A stretch of DNA of 63,742 nucleotides, filler included, from Rhabdomonas costata (taxonomy: Eukaryota): NCBI GenBank assembly GCA_019059605.1. It is 46 parts of 46 records of this genome, joined end to end, with 100 filler letters (N's around TTAATTAATTAA, not from the genome) between each part and the next. Parts side by side here need not be neighbours in the genome. Positions count along the whole stretch, not along the records: positions 61,059 to 62,345 come from JAHMHO010020591.1; positions 62,446 to 63,742 come from JAHMHO010020592.1; 44 more parts are not named here. One strand, written 5' to 3'. Numbering within the stretch: the first letter of the stretch is position 1; each line of letters starts with the position of its first letter. The notes beneath the pieces were generated by a model. It made no database searches. It worked only from the letters and a program-made list of their open reading frames with translations, and had not been told where the DNA came from. Both the position numbers and the translations under genes were made by a program. This document shows positions 61,972 through 63,742 of this stretch, piece after piece.

Positions 61972-63742
61972 GTGTGTGTGGGGGGGTCTCCCTGGGCTCC
62001 CAAAGCCCTGTCCCCCCAAACCCGCCCAACTGTCCAAGCAGTTCGAAATACTTCCGACTTCCTCGGTTTTTATGCAGTCATTTCTCATTCTTCCATTTTC
62101 CGGAAGAATATTACGTCCCACAACTATCCTAAGACAAGCACGAAGTTTTTTTTTTGAAGAAAAACGAAAAATGCGAAATGGGAGCGTCACAGCTGCAGTT
62201 TGCATTCACCTTGAAAGCATTGATTTACTCTCTCTCTCTATTTTCCTATTTTGGATAGGCGCTGAGAATTTTCATTAAGACCTGCGGGCGAGACAGCCCT
62301 CTGACTGCTGGGGCATTGGGGTCCTTGGGAAAATTCCCCCAAAAANNNNNNNNNNNNNNNNNNNNNNNNNNNNNNNNNNNNNNNNNNNNTTAATTAATTA
62401 ANNNNNNNNNNNNNNNNNNNNNNNNNNNNNNNNNNNNNNNNNNNNTTTGTGGTGTACTCCGGAGCAGCGCCGGGTTCGCATTTGAGTTTCCTGGCAGGGG
62501 AGCTGTTTCCCGACTTGAGGTTTCTGATGCCTGCGTCCAGCGCAGAAGAGAACTAAATTGGCTCCTGGACGAACCTTCCCACCCCCCACCCAACCCCGAC
62601 CTCGTATGTACGAGAGGCTTGGCATAAGCACCCAGGAACTTTGGAACAGTTCTGCATCGCAGACCTCCTTGCAAGCGACTGTATTGTAATTGTGGGAGCT
62701 GTGCCTCATAGGAGCCTCACAGGATTCCAACCACCCAGGCCCGTGCAAAAGCCGCATCGTGTTTCTGACCTCCTGCAACCGTTTCTGTGCGCTAGCGGAT
62801 GTTCCTGACGAAGTCTGAACCGTCTCGGAAAAATTTTTGTGAGCCTTCCCAATTTAGTTTTTTTTCAAACTTTTGGAAATTCCGGGATCCAGAAGCCGTT
62901 GCTGTGTGTGGGCATGAGGTCCAGCCGCTGGACGTCCTCCGTAAATGATTTTGTTCGGATCCTCGGATAGGGGAGAGGAGAAGCGCACACTAAGTGCTGC
63001 TCGCCTCGTTTTCCAGTTCCAGTTGCAACCCGGCATTGAGGTTCTCTGCCTCGACAGTGAGATCCCGAAAGTTGAATGCTTTGTGAGTGGGTATGGACGA
63101 GAGCTGAGGGGTATGGACTCTGACACTCCTCAATTCTGTCTTTTTTTCGCTGTTCGCTGTAGTAAGTCTTGATGTGCCGTGGTGGTACAGTGGTAGCGAG
63201 GAAACTCATGGGACCACCCTCCCCCACCATGTGATACAGAGCGGGGGGAGGGTGGGCAGAGCGGATCCGCACTCTTCAGGACTCGTCACCTGCACAACCT
63301 GCGCGAATGCAACCTAGGCTTGGGGTTCTGTCCGCCATCAACTTGTGCTACGACCTTGGCAGACGAAGAGAAAAGAAAAAACATCCTTCGGGCATGAACA
63401 TAGACTGACTCATCCAGACCACCCAACTCTGCTTCCCATTGAACACCCCCTGCGTCCTGACGGCACTCATTGACATCCGCCTCCAACCCCCTCCCTGAGC
63501 TTCTTTGCGCATTTTGCATAGGTTTGTGCTGTTCGACTCAGCGGAGATCCTTTGCCTCCCATCTGCGCAGGTGTGCCGTGGAGCTGCGGGAGAAGCCGTT
63601 TGGCATGTTCATTTCGGGCTTTGCGACCACACCTATCCGATTTACAAAGAATGTGTCATAGTTCCATTGAAATTGTTTGGGAAGATGGCTAAGAATTTCC
63701 TTTTTCTCTTGGCTGAGCTTTGTCGTGTACCAGCGTCGAAAA

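Noticed and set aside
1290..62445. Regularly spaced TTAATTAATTAA with ~1.29-kb 'spacers' (array- or nanochromosome-like)
   Set aside because: An artificial six-frame stop linker between size-sorted contigs.

Overview
This window is not one locus. It is 46 unrelated contigs of about 1.29 kb, joined by an artificial 100-nt spacer (N-run + TTAATTAATTAA + N-run), so gene order across spacers means nothing. Contig ends carry G/T-rich whole-genome-amplification primer remnants, and at least nine ends are fold-back chimeras. The DNA is nuclear DNA of an intron-rich, flagellated eukaryote: short GC3-rich exons sit in TE-littered introns. A euglenid-like protist is my inference, not proven. Recognisable spliced fragments are cytoplasmic dynein-2 heavy chain, RME-8/DNAJC13, IleRS, type II PI4-kinase, OCRL/INPP5B, a TLDc protein, TAP42/alpha4, CAF1, SLC66A2, a GDPD, and SMP, BEACH, RRM, WD40, TPR, MFS and IPT/TIG proteins. 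There are also decayed Ty3/gypsy, Penelope-like, hAT and MITE elements. The strongest signal is the splicing grammar: four homology-constrained GC-AG introns (plus several probable ones) with degenerate donors, acceptors without pyrimidine tracts, and one candidate 120-nt non-GT/AG stem-forming intron in CAF1. No multi-gene novel system can be supported from fragments this short.
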